64,000 nt of DNA from positions 256,001 through 320,000 of the forward strand of contig JBNKHE010000003.1 in assembly GCA_050290185.1 (NCBI GenBank), read 5' to 3'. Source of the DNA: Pontiella sp. Its GTDB lineage: Bacteria > Verrucomicrobiota > Kiritimatiellia > Kiritimatiellales > Pontiellaceae. Shown here in pieces: positions 10,279 through 19,242 of this stretch. The notes beneath the pieces are model-generated. The model saw only the letters and a list, made by a program, of their open reading frames with translations, did no database searches and was not told where the DNA came from. Positions within the stretch are counted from its first letter, which is position 1. Each line of letters starts with the position of its first letter. Made by a program: the position numbers and the translations under genes.

Positions 10279-11892
10279 TCAGTTTCTGTACCGGTTGACG
10301 ATCGGCATGCGTCGGTCGCGGTCGAATGATTTCGGGGTGATCTTCACCCCGGGCGGCGATTGGCGTCGTTTGTATTCGCTCAGCTCCACGGCATGCACCA
10401 CGCGTCGGACCAGAGCTTCGTTGTATCCCTTTTCGATAAGGCCTTCAATGCCCATGTCGTTTTCCACATAGTCCATCAGGATCGGATCCAATACCTCATA
10501 GGGCGGAAGCGAATCCGTATCTTTCTGGTCGGGCCGAAGCTCGGCCGATGGCGGTCGTTCAATGATGCTGGGTGGAATGACGGGTACATTCCCTTGTTCA
10601 TTGCGCCAGCGGCATAGATCGAACACCAATGTTTTCGGAACATCCTTGATCACCGCAAAGCCACCGGCCATGTCCCCGTAGATGGTGCAGTAACCCATGG
10701 CCATTTCGCTCTTGTTTCCGGTCGTGAGCACGAGCCATCCATATTCGTTGGAGAGTGCCATGATCAGGTTTCCACGTATGCGTGCCTGCAGGTTTTCCTC
10801 GGCCAGACCCGCTTTCTTTTCCCTGCCCCAGATCTCGGAAAGTGATGTTTCGAATCCCTCGTACAGGGCTTTGATCGGCAGGGTGTGGAACTCAATATCC
10901 AGGATTTCTGCCATCTCGCAAGCGTCGTTGAGTGTGCCGGAAGTCGAATACTGCGACGGCATGGTGACCGACGCCACCCGGTCCTTGCCCAACGCATCTA
11001 CGGCAATCGCCAGAACCAGTGCCGAGTCAATTCCTCCGCTGAGCGCTACGACGACACGCTTGAAGCCGATTTTGTTGACGTAGTCCTTCAACCCGAGCTT
11101 CAGCGCTTCGTACACTTCCTCTAAATCCGGAAGGGGCGTTTCCTTGCGAGAGGCTTGCCGCTGGCCGGAAAGGTTGTGGTAAAGCACGTCTTCCTGGAAC
11201 TGTTTCGCGCGGGCGATGCGCGAACCATCGGGTGCAAAGACCATACTGGCCCCATCGAAAACCAGTTCATCCTGTCCGCCAATCATGTTGCAGTAGAGCA
11301 TGGTGGCGTTCATTTTCCGGGTGGTTTCCGAGAGCACGGCAATCCGGTGGTTGAGCTTTCCGCGATGATAGGGGGAGGCGGATAGGTTGATTAGTATATC
11401 GACGTTTTCGCTGTCCAGCAGGGTGACTGCCGCTCCGTCGGCATTCCAGGAATCCTCGCAGATATGGATTGCGCATCGCTGCCCTTCGAGGTCGAAAGAA
11501 AAAGGGTGTGCCCCAGGTTCGAATAGGCGCATTTCGTCGAATACCCCGTAGTTCGGCAGATGCATCTTGTGGTATTCGCCAACAATTTTTCCACCCTGGA
11601 ACAACAGCGCTGCATTAAATTTTTCACCCTTTCTGGCTATCGGCGAACCCACTACGATATGAGGTTCCGGAGGGAGTTCTTTCGTGAGCCGTTCCAGCTG
11701 AAGTTCACAGTCTGCGCAAAAATGATCCTTCAGGATCAAATCTTCAGGCGGATAGCCAGATAGCGTCAGTTCCGGGAACACAATCAGGTGCGCGCCTGAC
11801 GCAAACGCTGCAAGGCTTTTTTCAATGACCTTGTCGGCATTGGCTTCCAAGGCTCCAACCGTTGGATTCATCTGGATCAGTGCTATCTTCAA
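10279..11892 (-). CDS. nadE: Glutamine-dependent NAD+ synthetase
   Basis: Nitrilase domain (FPEL, KMHLPNYGVFDE, ICED) fused to a synthetase domain (SGGIDS, NLQARIR, TGNKSE, PPSAEL); TTG start. Confidence 0.93.
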   Translation of the reverse strand: MKIALIQMNPTVGALEANADKVIEKSLAAFASGAHLIVFPELTLSGYPPEDLILKDHFCADCELQLERLTKELPPEPHIVVGSPIARKGEKFNAALLFQGGKIVGEYHKMHLPNYGVFDEMRLFEPGAHPFSFDLEGQRCAIHICEDSWNADGAAVTLLDSENVDILINLSASPYHRGKLNHRIAVLSETTRKMNATMLYCNMIGGQDELVFDGASMVFAPDGSRIARAKQFQEDVLYHNLSGQRQASRKETPLPDLEEVYEALKLGLKDYVNKIGFKRVVVALSGGIDSALVLAIAVDALGKDRVASVTMPSQYSTSGTLNDACEMAEILDIEFHTLPIKALYEGFETSLSEIWGREKKAGLAEENLQARIRGNLIMALSNEYGWLVLTTGNKSEMAMGYCTIYGDMAGGFAVIKDVPKTLVFDLCRWRNEQGNVPVIPPSIIERPPSAELRPDQKDTDSLPPYEVLDPILMDYVENDMGIEGLIEKGYNEALVRRVVHAVELSEYKRRQSPPGVKITPKSFDRDRRMPIVNRYRN

Positions 11893-11896
11893 CGGA

Positions 11897-12070
11897 TTAC
11901 TCCTTGGAATCGCCGGCCATTTTTACCGGAGCGGTGACCACGGCGCCGGTGGTCTTGATCCCGGTGCTGGTGGCCGCTCCGGCGACCTTGACGGGGGTGG
12001 TAATCAACGCGCACCCGCTTGTTGCACCCAGCATCGCCAGTGCAGCAAGGGAACGAAAAGTCGATAGCAT
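11897..12070 (-). CDS. Small (57 aa) putative lipoprotein
   Basis: MLSTFRSLAALAMLGATSG-C lipobox-like signal; GGGAG RBS; fills the gap between guaB and nadE on the same strand. Confidence 0.7.
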   Translation of the reverse strand: MLSTFRSLAALAMLGATSGCALITTPVKVAGAATSTGIKTTGAVVTAPVKMAGDSKE

Positions 12071-12083
12071 GAGATGCTCCCGT

Positions 12084-13568
12084 CTACCGCCGGTAATTCG
12101 GCGCTTCCTTCGTAATCTTGATATCGTGGGCATGCGCTTCGATGGATCCGGCATGGGATACACGGACAAACCGGCCATTGGTCTTGAGCTCGGGAACCGT
12201 GCGTGTGCCGCAATAACCCAGACTGGCCTGCAGTCCTCCACAGTATTGCTTCATCACCTTGTTGACCGTGCCTGCGTACGGAACCATGCCTTCAATGCCC
12301 TGCGGGACGAGATCGTCTTCATCACTCAGGCCATAGCGCTGCCGGCTTCCTTCGCGCGATTTCATGGCATCCAGACTGCCCATGCCGCGGTAAATTACAA
12401 ACTGGCGGCCTTCATAGATGATCTTTTCGCCGGGGCTTTCTTCGGTTCCTGCCAGCACCGATCCCATCATGACCGTATTGGCTCCGGCAACAAGCGCCTT
12501 GGCAATATCGCCGGAGTTGCGGACGCCACCATCGGCGACCACGGGGATTTCGCCCTTCAGCGCACTGGACGCGGCATAGATAGCGGAAATTTGCGGGATG
12601 CCGACGCCGGCCACGACACGCGTTGTACAGATCGAGCCGGGCCCGATTCCCACCTTGACGGCGTCTGCTCCTGCATCGCGCAGTGCAATGGCGGCTTCGC
12701 CCGTGGCAATGTTGCCTCCGATGACGTCGATGTGCGGGAATTTGTTCTTCACCCATGCGACCATGTCGATCACCCCTTTGGTATGACCGTGGGCCGTGTC
12801 GACCACCATAACATCGACTTCTTCCTGATTGAGGATTTCAGCCCTTTCGTAGTCGCCGGGGCCGACCCCGGCCGCGACGCGCAGGCGATATTTGTCGTCG
12901 CGGTTGAACAGGGGTTCCTCATTTTCGATCAATCGGCGTACGTCGGCGTAGCTGTAGAGACCGACCAGCTTGCCCTTGTCGACAAGCGGTAGCTTTCCGA
13001 TCTTGTGCTGCTGCATGATGTCGTAGGCCTGACGCAGGTTGGTATCGGGTTTGGCCGTAATGATATTGGTGGTCATAACCTCGGTAACTTTCGCCCGTTT
13101 GGAGCGCGAAAAGCGGATGTCTTTGGAGGTAAGGATGCCAATGAGTTTAGCGTCATCGTCCAGCACCGGGAATCCGCTGAAGCTGTAGCCTTTTTCGGCC
13201 CGTTTGACCGCAATCGTTTCGAGGGTATCGTTAATGTTGAACGTAACCGGAGCTGTGATCAGTCCGTTGAGATGGTGCTTGACCCGGCTGACATGCTGGG
13301 CCTGGATTTCAGGGTCGAGGTTCTTGTGGATCACGCCGATGCCGCCCAGCATGGCCATGGAAATCGCCATTCTGGCTTCGGTGACCGTATCCATGGCCGC
13401 ACTCAGAAAGGGAACCTTCATGCTGATATTGCGGGTTAGCTTGGTCGATATGTCGGTATCGCCCGGCAGGAAGTCGGCATATTGGGTGATCAACGAGACA
13501 TCGTCGAATGTAAGCCCCTCGTAGGGGAATGTTTTCATGAAATCATCGAGGTATTGATTGTTGCTCAT
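12084..13568 (-). CDS. guaB: IMP dehydrogenase with CBS pair
   Basis: [27 protein letters not shown] (catalytic Cys), ADGG, YRGMGS. Start chosen at MSNNQ by AGGA spacing; 13577 is an alternative. Confidence 0.95.
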   Translation of the reverse strand: MSNNQYLDDFMKTFPYEGLTFDDVSLITQYADFLPGDTDISTKLTRNISMKVPFLSAAMDTVTEARMAISMAMLGGIGVIHKNLDPEIQAQHVSRVKHHLNGLITAPVTFNINDTLETIAVKRAEKGYSFSGFPVLDDDAKLIGILTSKDIRFSRSKRAKVTEVMTTNIITAKPDTNLRQAYDIMQQHKIGKLPLVDKGKLVGLYSYADVRRLIENEEPLFNRDDKYRLRVAAGVGPGDYERAEILNQEEVDVMVVDTAHGHTKGVIDMVAWVKNKFPHIDVIGGNIATGEAAIALRDAGADAVKVGIGPGSICTTRVVAGVGIPQISAIYAASSALKGEIPVVADGGVRNSGDIAKALVAGANTVMMGSVLAGTEESPGEKIIYEGRQFVIYRGMGSLDAMKSREGSRQRYGLSDEDDLVPQGIEGMVPYAGTVNKVMKQYCGGLQASLGYCGTRTVPELKTNGRFVRVSHAGSIEAHAHDIKITKEAPNYRR

Positions 13569-13591
13569 CTTTTGCATCCTTTTGCCGTACT

Positions 13592-13620
13592 ATTTTGTGC
13601 ATATCTTCAAGGGGAGTCAA
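13592..13620 (-). promoter_or_regulatory. Sigma70-like promoter for guaB-lipoprotein-nadE
   Basis: Minus strand TTGACT-17-CAAAAT. Confidence 0.5.
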
Positions 13621-13711
13621 GTGCTGTGTTAAACATTGCTTCCCCATCAGGGGATGAATGCCTGATGGCATGGTTGGAGTTGTGTGTTTTCCGTGTTCGT
13701 CCAGCAGGCAT

Positions 13712-13720
13712 TGCTATGAT
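13712..13720 (+). promoter_or_regulatory. Extended -10 promoter for pgpA
   Basis: TGcTATGAT ending 26 nt before the ATG. Confidence 0.4.
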
Positions 13721-13746
13721 AGAGATAAGGTTTTCGGGAGAAAATT

Positions 13747-14196
13747 ATGAAGAATTTGATCAAATGGATAGCGGTTGGTTTTGGGACCGGATGGAGTCCG
13801 GTAATGCCGGGAACGGTGGGAACGTTGGTCGGCCTGCCGATCGCCTGGGGGTTGATGCAGGTTCAGGAAGTGGGTGCACAGGCGATGGTTTGCGCCGCAT
13901 TGACCTTGCTGGCCATTCCCATCTGCGGGGTGGCGGAACGAATGATTGGAGGCAAGGATCCTGGTTGCATTGTGGCCGATGAATATTTGACGCTTCCGAT
14001 CACCGTGATCGGCTTAAGCTCCCCTTGGGCGCTCTTGAGCGGATTTCTGCTTCACCGTGTTTTCGATATCACGAAGCCCCCGCCGATCCGTCAGTTGCAG
14101 CATATCCACGGGGGCTTCGGGATTGTCATTGATGATTTTCTGGCCGCACTGATTGCACTGGGCCTGAATCATCTTATATTCCGGTTGCTGGCTTAG
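13747..14196 (+). CDS. pgpA: Phosphatidylglycerophosphatase A
   Basis: GFGTGWSP.MPGTVGT, DPGCIVADE, RVFDITKP.PI, GGFGIVIDD. Confidence 0.92.
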   Translation: MKNLIKWIAVGFGTGWSPVMPGTVGTLVGLPIAWGLMQVQEVGAQAMVCAALTLLAIPICGVAERMIGGKDPGCIVADEYLTLPITVIGLSSPWALLSGFLLHRVFDITKPPPIRQLQHIHGGFGIVIDDFLAALIALGLNHLIFRLLA

Positions 14197-15296
14197 GGAT
14201 TTTTGCGTTCCTGCTGGACATATTTCATCAGCGCCTGGAACTCTTCCGTATTCCGCAGCTGATCGAATTCAGCTTCGTCCATCCACGCAATCGCCAGTTT
14301 GGGGTCGGTCAGTTGTATCCCGCGCCGCAAGGCCTCCGTCGCAGCCACGGTATTGCCGAGCTTGTTCTCGGCCCGCGCCAGCAGGAAGTAGACGATGTGG
14401 TCATCAGTCATTTGTTCGCTGAGCTGCCGCAACTGTTCCGCCGCACGTTCCCAGTTTCCGGTTTTAGTCAGATATAGGGCAAAATCGTACCGTGTGCCGG
14501 TGTCCATCGGACGCTGGTCGAGAAACTGTTCGTAGGCTTTGATGGCATCTTCCGGCCGGTCGAGTTTCTTGTAGAGCAACGCCATATTTTTCAGGGCATC
14601 GGTATACGCCGGTTTCAAATCCAGCGAACGCTTGAGATATTCTTCCGCCCGGTCATACGCTTCCGAATCAATACATGCGGCGCCGAGGTTGTTCAGGACA
14701 TCAAATGTAAGGTCCCGGTCGGGCGCATCCGCCAGCAGATCAAGGGCCTTTTGCATCTCTCCAAGTTTGAAGTATACCATGCCCAGGGGAACTTTAACCC
14801 CTTCCAGATCGGGAACGATTTCCATGGCCTGCTCATAATACTGGGCGGCTTGTTTGTAGGCTTCCTGGTTGCTTTTTCCTAGCTCGATGGCCTGTTCTGC
14901 CATGATGATGTTAAACGCGGCTTTCTTCAGCCATGCCGTATTGAAAGGGCGCTCTCCTTCGCCGTTCCAGGTCGGATCGGCGTAGCTTCGGTTGAGGTCT
15001 AAAACCCATTGTGCTTCGGTGGGGAGTGAGTGGCGTGGTATATACTCCTGGGCAATCGGGGTTGGTGTAGTGCTTTCCTTCAGGATGCCGATGTATTCCT
15101 TGACTACAACGAAAACCAGTGCCACAAGCAGTGCAAGGACGATTATCCCTAGTATGAAGCTGGTGAACTGGTGTCGCCGGATTTCACGCTTGCGCTCTTC
15201 GATGATCTCGCTCGAGACCTGCGGGGTAAAATCATCCCTCTTGGTGTGGTCGGTTGCGTAAATATCCTGCAGATGTTGCCGGTTTCCTGAATCCAT
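14193..15296 (-). CDS. Membrane-anchored tetratricopeptide repeat protein
   Basis: One N-terminal TM helix followed by multiple TPRs (LNNLGA...A...L...L...P). Start moved to MDSGN, which has an AGGA RBS. Confidence 0.8.
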   Translation of the reverse strand: MDSGNRQHLQDIYATDHTKRDDFTPQVSSEIIEERKREIRRHQFTSFILGIIVLALLVALVFVVVKEYIGILKESTTPTPIAQEYIPRHSLPTEAQWVLDLNRSYADPTWNGEGERPFNTAWLKKAAFNIIMAEQAIELGKSNQEAYKQAAQYYEQAMEIVPDLEGVKVPLGMVYFKLGEMQKALDLLADAPDRDLTFDVLNNLGAACIDSEAYDRAEEYLKRSLDLKPAYTDALKNMALLYKKLDRPEDAIKAYEQFLDQRPMDTGTRYDFALYLTKTGNWERAAEQLRQLSEQMTDDHIVYFLLARAENKLGNTVAATEALRRGIQLTDPKLAIAWMDEAEFDQLRNTEEFQALMKYVQQERKNP

Positions 15297-15528
15297 ATAA
15301 TCATTCCTGTTCGATTGGGCGTATAGCATCCAATTCTCCATATCAAGATATGGAATGCAATCCAAATGTGCCTGCCGCTTTGCAATCGCCTGCCCGTATA
15401 CACGGCAAGTTTCCTTCAGTTTTTCGTCCAAATTCGCAGCCGGTTGGTGTTATAAGCATACGCTTTAAACACGGTTGTGAATCCGGTTTTCCGCATTGTG
15501 GAATACCGATCTGAAAGAAGGAAGAAAC

Positions 15529-16614
15529 ATGTCGAGTACGATAGGAACACTTTTCAAGGTATCTACATTCGGGGAATCGCACGGGAAAGCCGTGGGCGCG
15601 ATTGTCGATGGCTGTCCGGCCAATCTGGAGCTGAGCGAGGCGGATCTTCAGCCGCAGCTGACGCGGCGTCGTCCCGGCCAGAGCGATATGACCACCCCTC
15701 GCGAAGAGGCCGACCTAGTCACTATTCTTTCCGGCGTTGAAAACGGCAAGACGCTGGGAACGCCTATCGGCTTGATGGTCAATAACAAGGATCAGCGCCC
15801 GGGCGACTATGGTGAAATGAGCGACGTTCCACGGCCGTCGCACGCCGACTACACTTATCAGATGAAATACGGAAACCGCGCATCCAGCGGTGGCGGACGC
15901 TCCAGCGCGCGCGAAACCATCGGTCGTGTGGCCGCCGGCGCCATCGCGGAAAAATGGCTTTTTGAAAAATTCGGCACCAAAATCATATCCTGGGTCAGTA
16001 CTGTTGGTGATATCGATGCGCGCGATATGAGTGCCGAAAGCCTTACACGCGAACAGATCGACGCCAATATTATCCGCTGTCCCGACGAGGCCGCCGCCGC
16101 AAAAATGATTGAGTTGGTCAAGGCAACGCGGGACCGCAAGGATTCCGTGGGCGGTATCCTGACTTGCGTAGCTGAAAATATTCCGGTCGGTCTGGGGGAA
16201 CCGGTTTTCGAGCGGATGGAGGCCAAGCTTGCGCAGGCCATGCTCTCAATTCCAGCAACCAAGGGCTTTGAAATCGGCTCCGGGTTTGGCGGCGCGCGCA
16301 TGTTTGGATCGCAGCACAACGATCCCTACGAGATGAAGGCCGATGGCCGTCTGGGAACCGTGACCAATTTCAGCGGCGGGGTGCAGGGTGGCATCTCCAA
16401 CGGCGAACCGATCGTTTTCCGTATCGCCTTCAAGCCGCCGGCCACGATCGGGCTCGCGCAGGAAACCTCGACGTTCCAGGGCGAGGCAACCGTGCTGGAG
16501 GCCAAGGGCCGTCACGATCCCTGTGTTGTGCCGCGCGCCGTGCCCATTGTTGAGACTATGACGGCGCTGGTACTGATGGATTTTGTATTGCGCCAGAATT
16601 ACCGCAATGCCTAG
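15529..16614 (+). CDS. aroC: Chorismate synthase
   Basis: [48 protein letters not shown]. Confidence 0.96.
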   Translation: MSSTIGTLFKVSTFGESHGKAVGAIVDGCPANLELSEADLQPQLTRRRPGQSDMTTPREEADLVTILSGVENGKTLGTPIGLMVNNKDQRPGDYGEMSDVPRPSHADYTYQMKYGNRASSGGGRSSARETIGRVAAGAIAEKWLFEKFGTKIISWVSTVGDIDARDMSAESLTREQIDANIIRCPDEAAAAKMIELVKATRDRKDSVGGILTCVAENIPVGLGEPVFERMEAKLAQAMLSIPATKGFEIGSGFGGARMFGSQHNDPYEMKADGRLGTVTNFSGGVQGGISNGEPIVFRIAFKPPATIGLAQETSTFQGEATVLEAKGRHDPCVVPRAVPIVETMTALVLMDFVLRQNYRNA

Positions 16615-16616
16615 CC

Positions 16617-16946
16617 ATGATTAGCGGAGCGTTCCAACTCGCCTTCATCGGCCCGGGCGGCCCCGAAATTCTCGTGGTCATGCTTGCGTTGCTGCTCATG
16701 TTCGGCGCCAAGGATGCGCCACGCGTTTTTAGAAAACTCAACGACATCCTCAACCAGATCCGCAGCACGGCGGAAAGCTTTAAGCGCGAAGTGATGTATG
16801 GCGATTTGACTCCCGAACCACACGCCGAAAACGACATCGGCGAATACGAAGACTACGGTTTGGGGGTTGATGAGGATTCGGACGAGACCGGCCATGATGC
16901 ACCCGTCGATGCGGAAGAAGAGGGGGGCGATGATAAACCCGTTTAA
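16617..16946 (+). CDS. Twin-arginine translocase TatA/B family subunit (TatB-like)
   Basis: GGPEILVVMLALLLMFGAKDAP TM-hinge-amphipathic helix and an acidic tail; directly upstream of tatC. Confidence 0.8.
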   Translation: MISGAFQLAFIGPGGPEILVVMLALLLMFGAKDAPRVFRKLNDILNQIRSTAESFKREVMYGDLTPEPHAENDIGEYEDYGLGVDEDSDETGHDAPVDAEEEGGDDKPV

Positions 16947-17880
16947 ATCGCTCAAGCACCGATTCAGCTACGACGATAGCGAAATGCCGTTCCTCGACCA
17001 TCTCGAGGAATTCCGAAAGATGGTCATCCGCTCGTTCGTTGTGTTGTTGCTCGGTATGGTGGTTTGTCTGCCCTTTGCGGACCACTTGATCATGCTGCTG
17101 CGCGCCCCGGCTGAACCGTATATCGAAAAAAATGCGGAGGAGACTTTGGGCTCGACGGCTTTCCAACTGAAGATTCCGGCGACAGCGCTGGAAGGCGGTG
17201 CGGACAGCAACGGGTACTACCGGGTTGACGCCGATGTCGTGGCGCCGGAAGAGCGTGCTTCCAGCCATGGGGTTATCCGCCTGCAGTTTTCCGAGCCGTC
17301 CGCCGCTTTCAAGATGTGGATGAGCGCGTCCTTCTTTGGCGGTCTGCTGCTGAGTCTGCCCTTTCTTGTTTTTATCATCGGATCGTTTGTCATGCCGGGC
17401 ATCAAGAATGCCGAACGGAGGATGATGACACGCATCTCGCTCTTTTCCGGCGTGCTGTTCGTGGTGGGCATTACGATGGGCTACCGGATCACCCTGCCGC
17501 TGGCGCTGGGGCTGATGTTAAAATTCGGCGGTGCACTCGGCGGCGAGTCGATCTGGTTCTACAGCAAGTACATTGCCTTTGCCCTCCAGCTGCTGCTGGG
17601 CTTCGGGCTTGCGTTCCAGCTTCCCGTCGTCATTCTGATCCTCGGCAAGATGGGACTCGTCAATGCCCGTCAACTGCGCGAAAAAAGGCGGCATGTGATT
17701 GTAGGGCTCCTGATTGTCGCCATGCTCCTGACTCCGCCGGATATCATGACTCAGGTGCTGATGGCGGCTCCCTTGATTTTACTCTACGAGTTCTGTATAT
17801 GGTTTCTTTACTTTAGCGGAAACCGGGGCAGTGTCTCCAGTACGGGAATGTCGCACGATTCATCGGATGCGGAAGACTAA
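16930..17880 (+). CDS. tatC: Twin-arginine translocase subunit TatC
   Basis: MPFLDHLEEFR, FVMPG..NAER, FGLAFQLP, LTPPD, LYE motifs. Confidence 0.93.
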   Translation: MINPFKSLKHRFSYDDSEMPFLDHLEEFRKMVIRSFVVLLLGMVVCLPFADHLIMLLRAPAEPYIEKNAEETLGSTAFQLKIPATALEGGADSNGYYRVDADVVAPEERASSHGVIRLQFSEPSAAFKMWMSASFFGGLLLSLPFLVFIIGSFVMPGIKNAERRMMTRISLFSGVLFVVGITMGYRITLPLALGLMLKFGGALGGESIWFYSKYIAFALQLLLGFGLAFQLPVVILILGKMGLVNARQLREKRRHVIVGLLIVAMLLTPPDIMTQVLMAAPLILLYEFCIWFLYFSGNRGSVSSTGMSHDSSDAED

Positions 17881-17908
17881 ACGAAAGACCTAAACGAGGA
17901 ATAGGGAT

Positions 17909-18139
17909 ATGTATACATTGGGGATTGGAATGCCGGGCCAGTCGGAAGTGCTGTTGATCATTTTCATCATTCTGTTGCTGTTCGGTGCCAAGAAGCTTCC
18001 CGAGCTGTCGCGCTCGCTCGGCAAGAGTCTTGGCGAATTCAAGAAGGGCCAGCAGGAAGGTGCCGAGCCCGAGAAAAAAGAAGATAACGAAGACGTCGCC
18101 GCCTCCGCTCTGGAGGAGCCGGAAAAGAAAGACGACTAA
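17909..18139 (+). CDS. tatA: Twin-arginine translocase TatA subunit
   Basis: EVLLIIFIILLLFGAKKLPELSRSLGKSLGEFKKG. Confidence 0.93.
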   Translation: MYTLGIGMPGQSEVLLIIFIILLLFGAKKLPELSRSLGKSLGEFKKGQQEGAEPEKKEDNEDVAASALEEPEKKDD

Positions 18140-18212
18140 CCCAGTCGACGCCGATTCCTGAGATTGATTAATGTGGCGAACGGCATGTTGTCGTGGCCAA
18201 CGAGAGGACCCC

Positions 18213-19049
18213 ATGAGCGACCGCATGCATGTAGAACTTACGCCCGAAGAGGAGAAGGAAAATTCCAATGCGGTCATTGCCCATGTTCTGCCGTTCGCCA
18301 TTTGGCTGACGATGATGGTGTGGGTCGACGGCTACAACGCCCGCACGATCGGCGGGCTGGTTCTGCTGGCGATCTTCCGTCCATGGCGCTGGTATCCGAA
18401 ACTGAACTTCAAGAATATTCCTGCCGCCATCGGGGTGGGGATTTTGATTTTCTTTGTCTGGGTAGGGTTCGAAACCCCGTGGATGGCCGAGAATGCTCCC
18501 GCCGTCACCGAATGGTACGACCGCCTCTTTGTCGACCTGACCCATCCCTTCAAAACCCGCGAACTGTTCGAGATTCCGCTATCCGTGGAATTGCCGGAGG
18601 TAAAGCAGAACATCGCCATGGGCGTGGAGAACGCCCAGCGGACCAAGCTCCCGTTCGAGGTTGTCGAGAAAGGCGAACACGCCGGCCTGCACATGTACGA
18701 CCCGCGCGTTACCGGGCCGTTCGCCTTCTGGATGCATATGTTCGGCACAACCGTCGTCATCGCCATTATCGAGGAATTCTTTTTCCGCGGCTTCCTCTAC
18801 CGCTGGATGCAGGGCAGCCCGTTTTTTAAGATCGATGCCGGCAAGCTCCATTGGCCGATGCTTCTGCTCATCTCCGCCTTTTTTGGCGTCGAGCACTTCG
18901 AGTGGATGGCCGGAATTATCTGCGGCATCGCCTTCGGTTTGCTCTACATCAAGACCCGCGACATCTGGGCCGCCATCATCGCCCATGCTACCACCAACTT
19001 CATACTCGGGCTCTATGTCATCAAATACAACGCCTACCAGTTCTGGTAG
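18213..19049 (+). CDS. CPBP (Abi/CAAX) family intramembrane glutamic protease
   Basis: IIEEFFFRGFL, FGVEH and AHATTN motifs; multiple TM helices; GAGGA RBS before MSDRM. Confidence 0.85.
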   Translation: MSDRMHVELTPEEEKENSNAVIAHVLPFAIWLTMMVWVDGYNARTIGGLVLLAIFRPWRWYPKLNFKNIPAAIGVGILIFFVWVGFETPWMAENAPAVTEWYDRLFVDLTHPFKTRELFEIPLSVELPEVKQNIAMGVENAQRTKLPFEVVEKGEHAGLHMYDPRVTGPFAFWMHMFGTTVVIAIIEEFFFRGFLYRWMQGSPFFKIDAGKLHWPMLLLISAFFGVEHFEWMAGIICGIAFGLLYIKTRDIWAAIIAHATTNFILGLYVIKYNAYQFW

Positions 19050-19085
19050 AATCCAGAAGCTCGCCCTGTATCTTTTCAAAACGGC

Positions 19086-19115
19086 TTGCCACGGCTCCAA
19101 TCCCTGACCTATATT
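19086..19115 (+). promoter_or_regulatory. Sigma70-like promoter of tRNA-Arg
   Basis: TTGCCA-18-TATATT followed by a GC-rich discriminator. Confidence 0.5.
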
Positions 19116-19134
19116 GCCGCTCCTTTCTTAAAGC

Positions 19135-19211
<77 letters not shown>

Positions 19212-19242
19212 TTTTTCACTGGTGACCCGATTGGGATAGAAC

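Noticed and set aside
11862..12992. 376-aa plus-strand ORF
   Set aside because: Antisense shadow of guaB with no recognisable motifs; typical of GC-rich codon bias.
15297..15431. Upstream start of the TPR ORF
   Set aside because: A better RBS precedes 15296 and the extension lies in the divergent promoter region.
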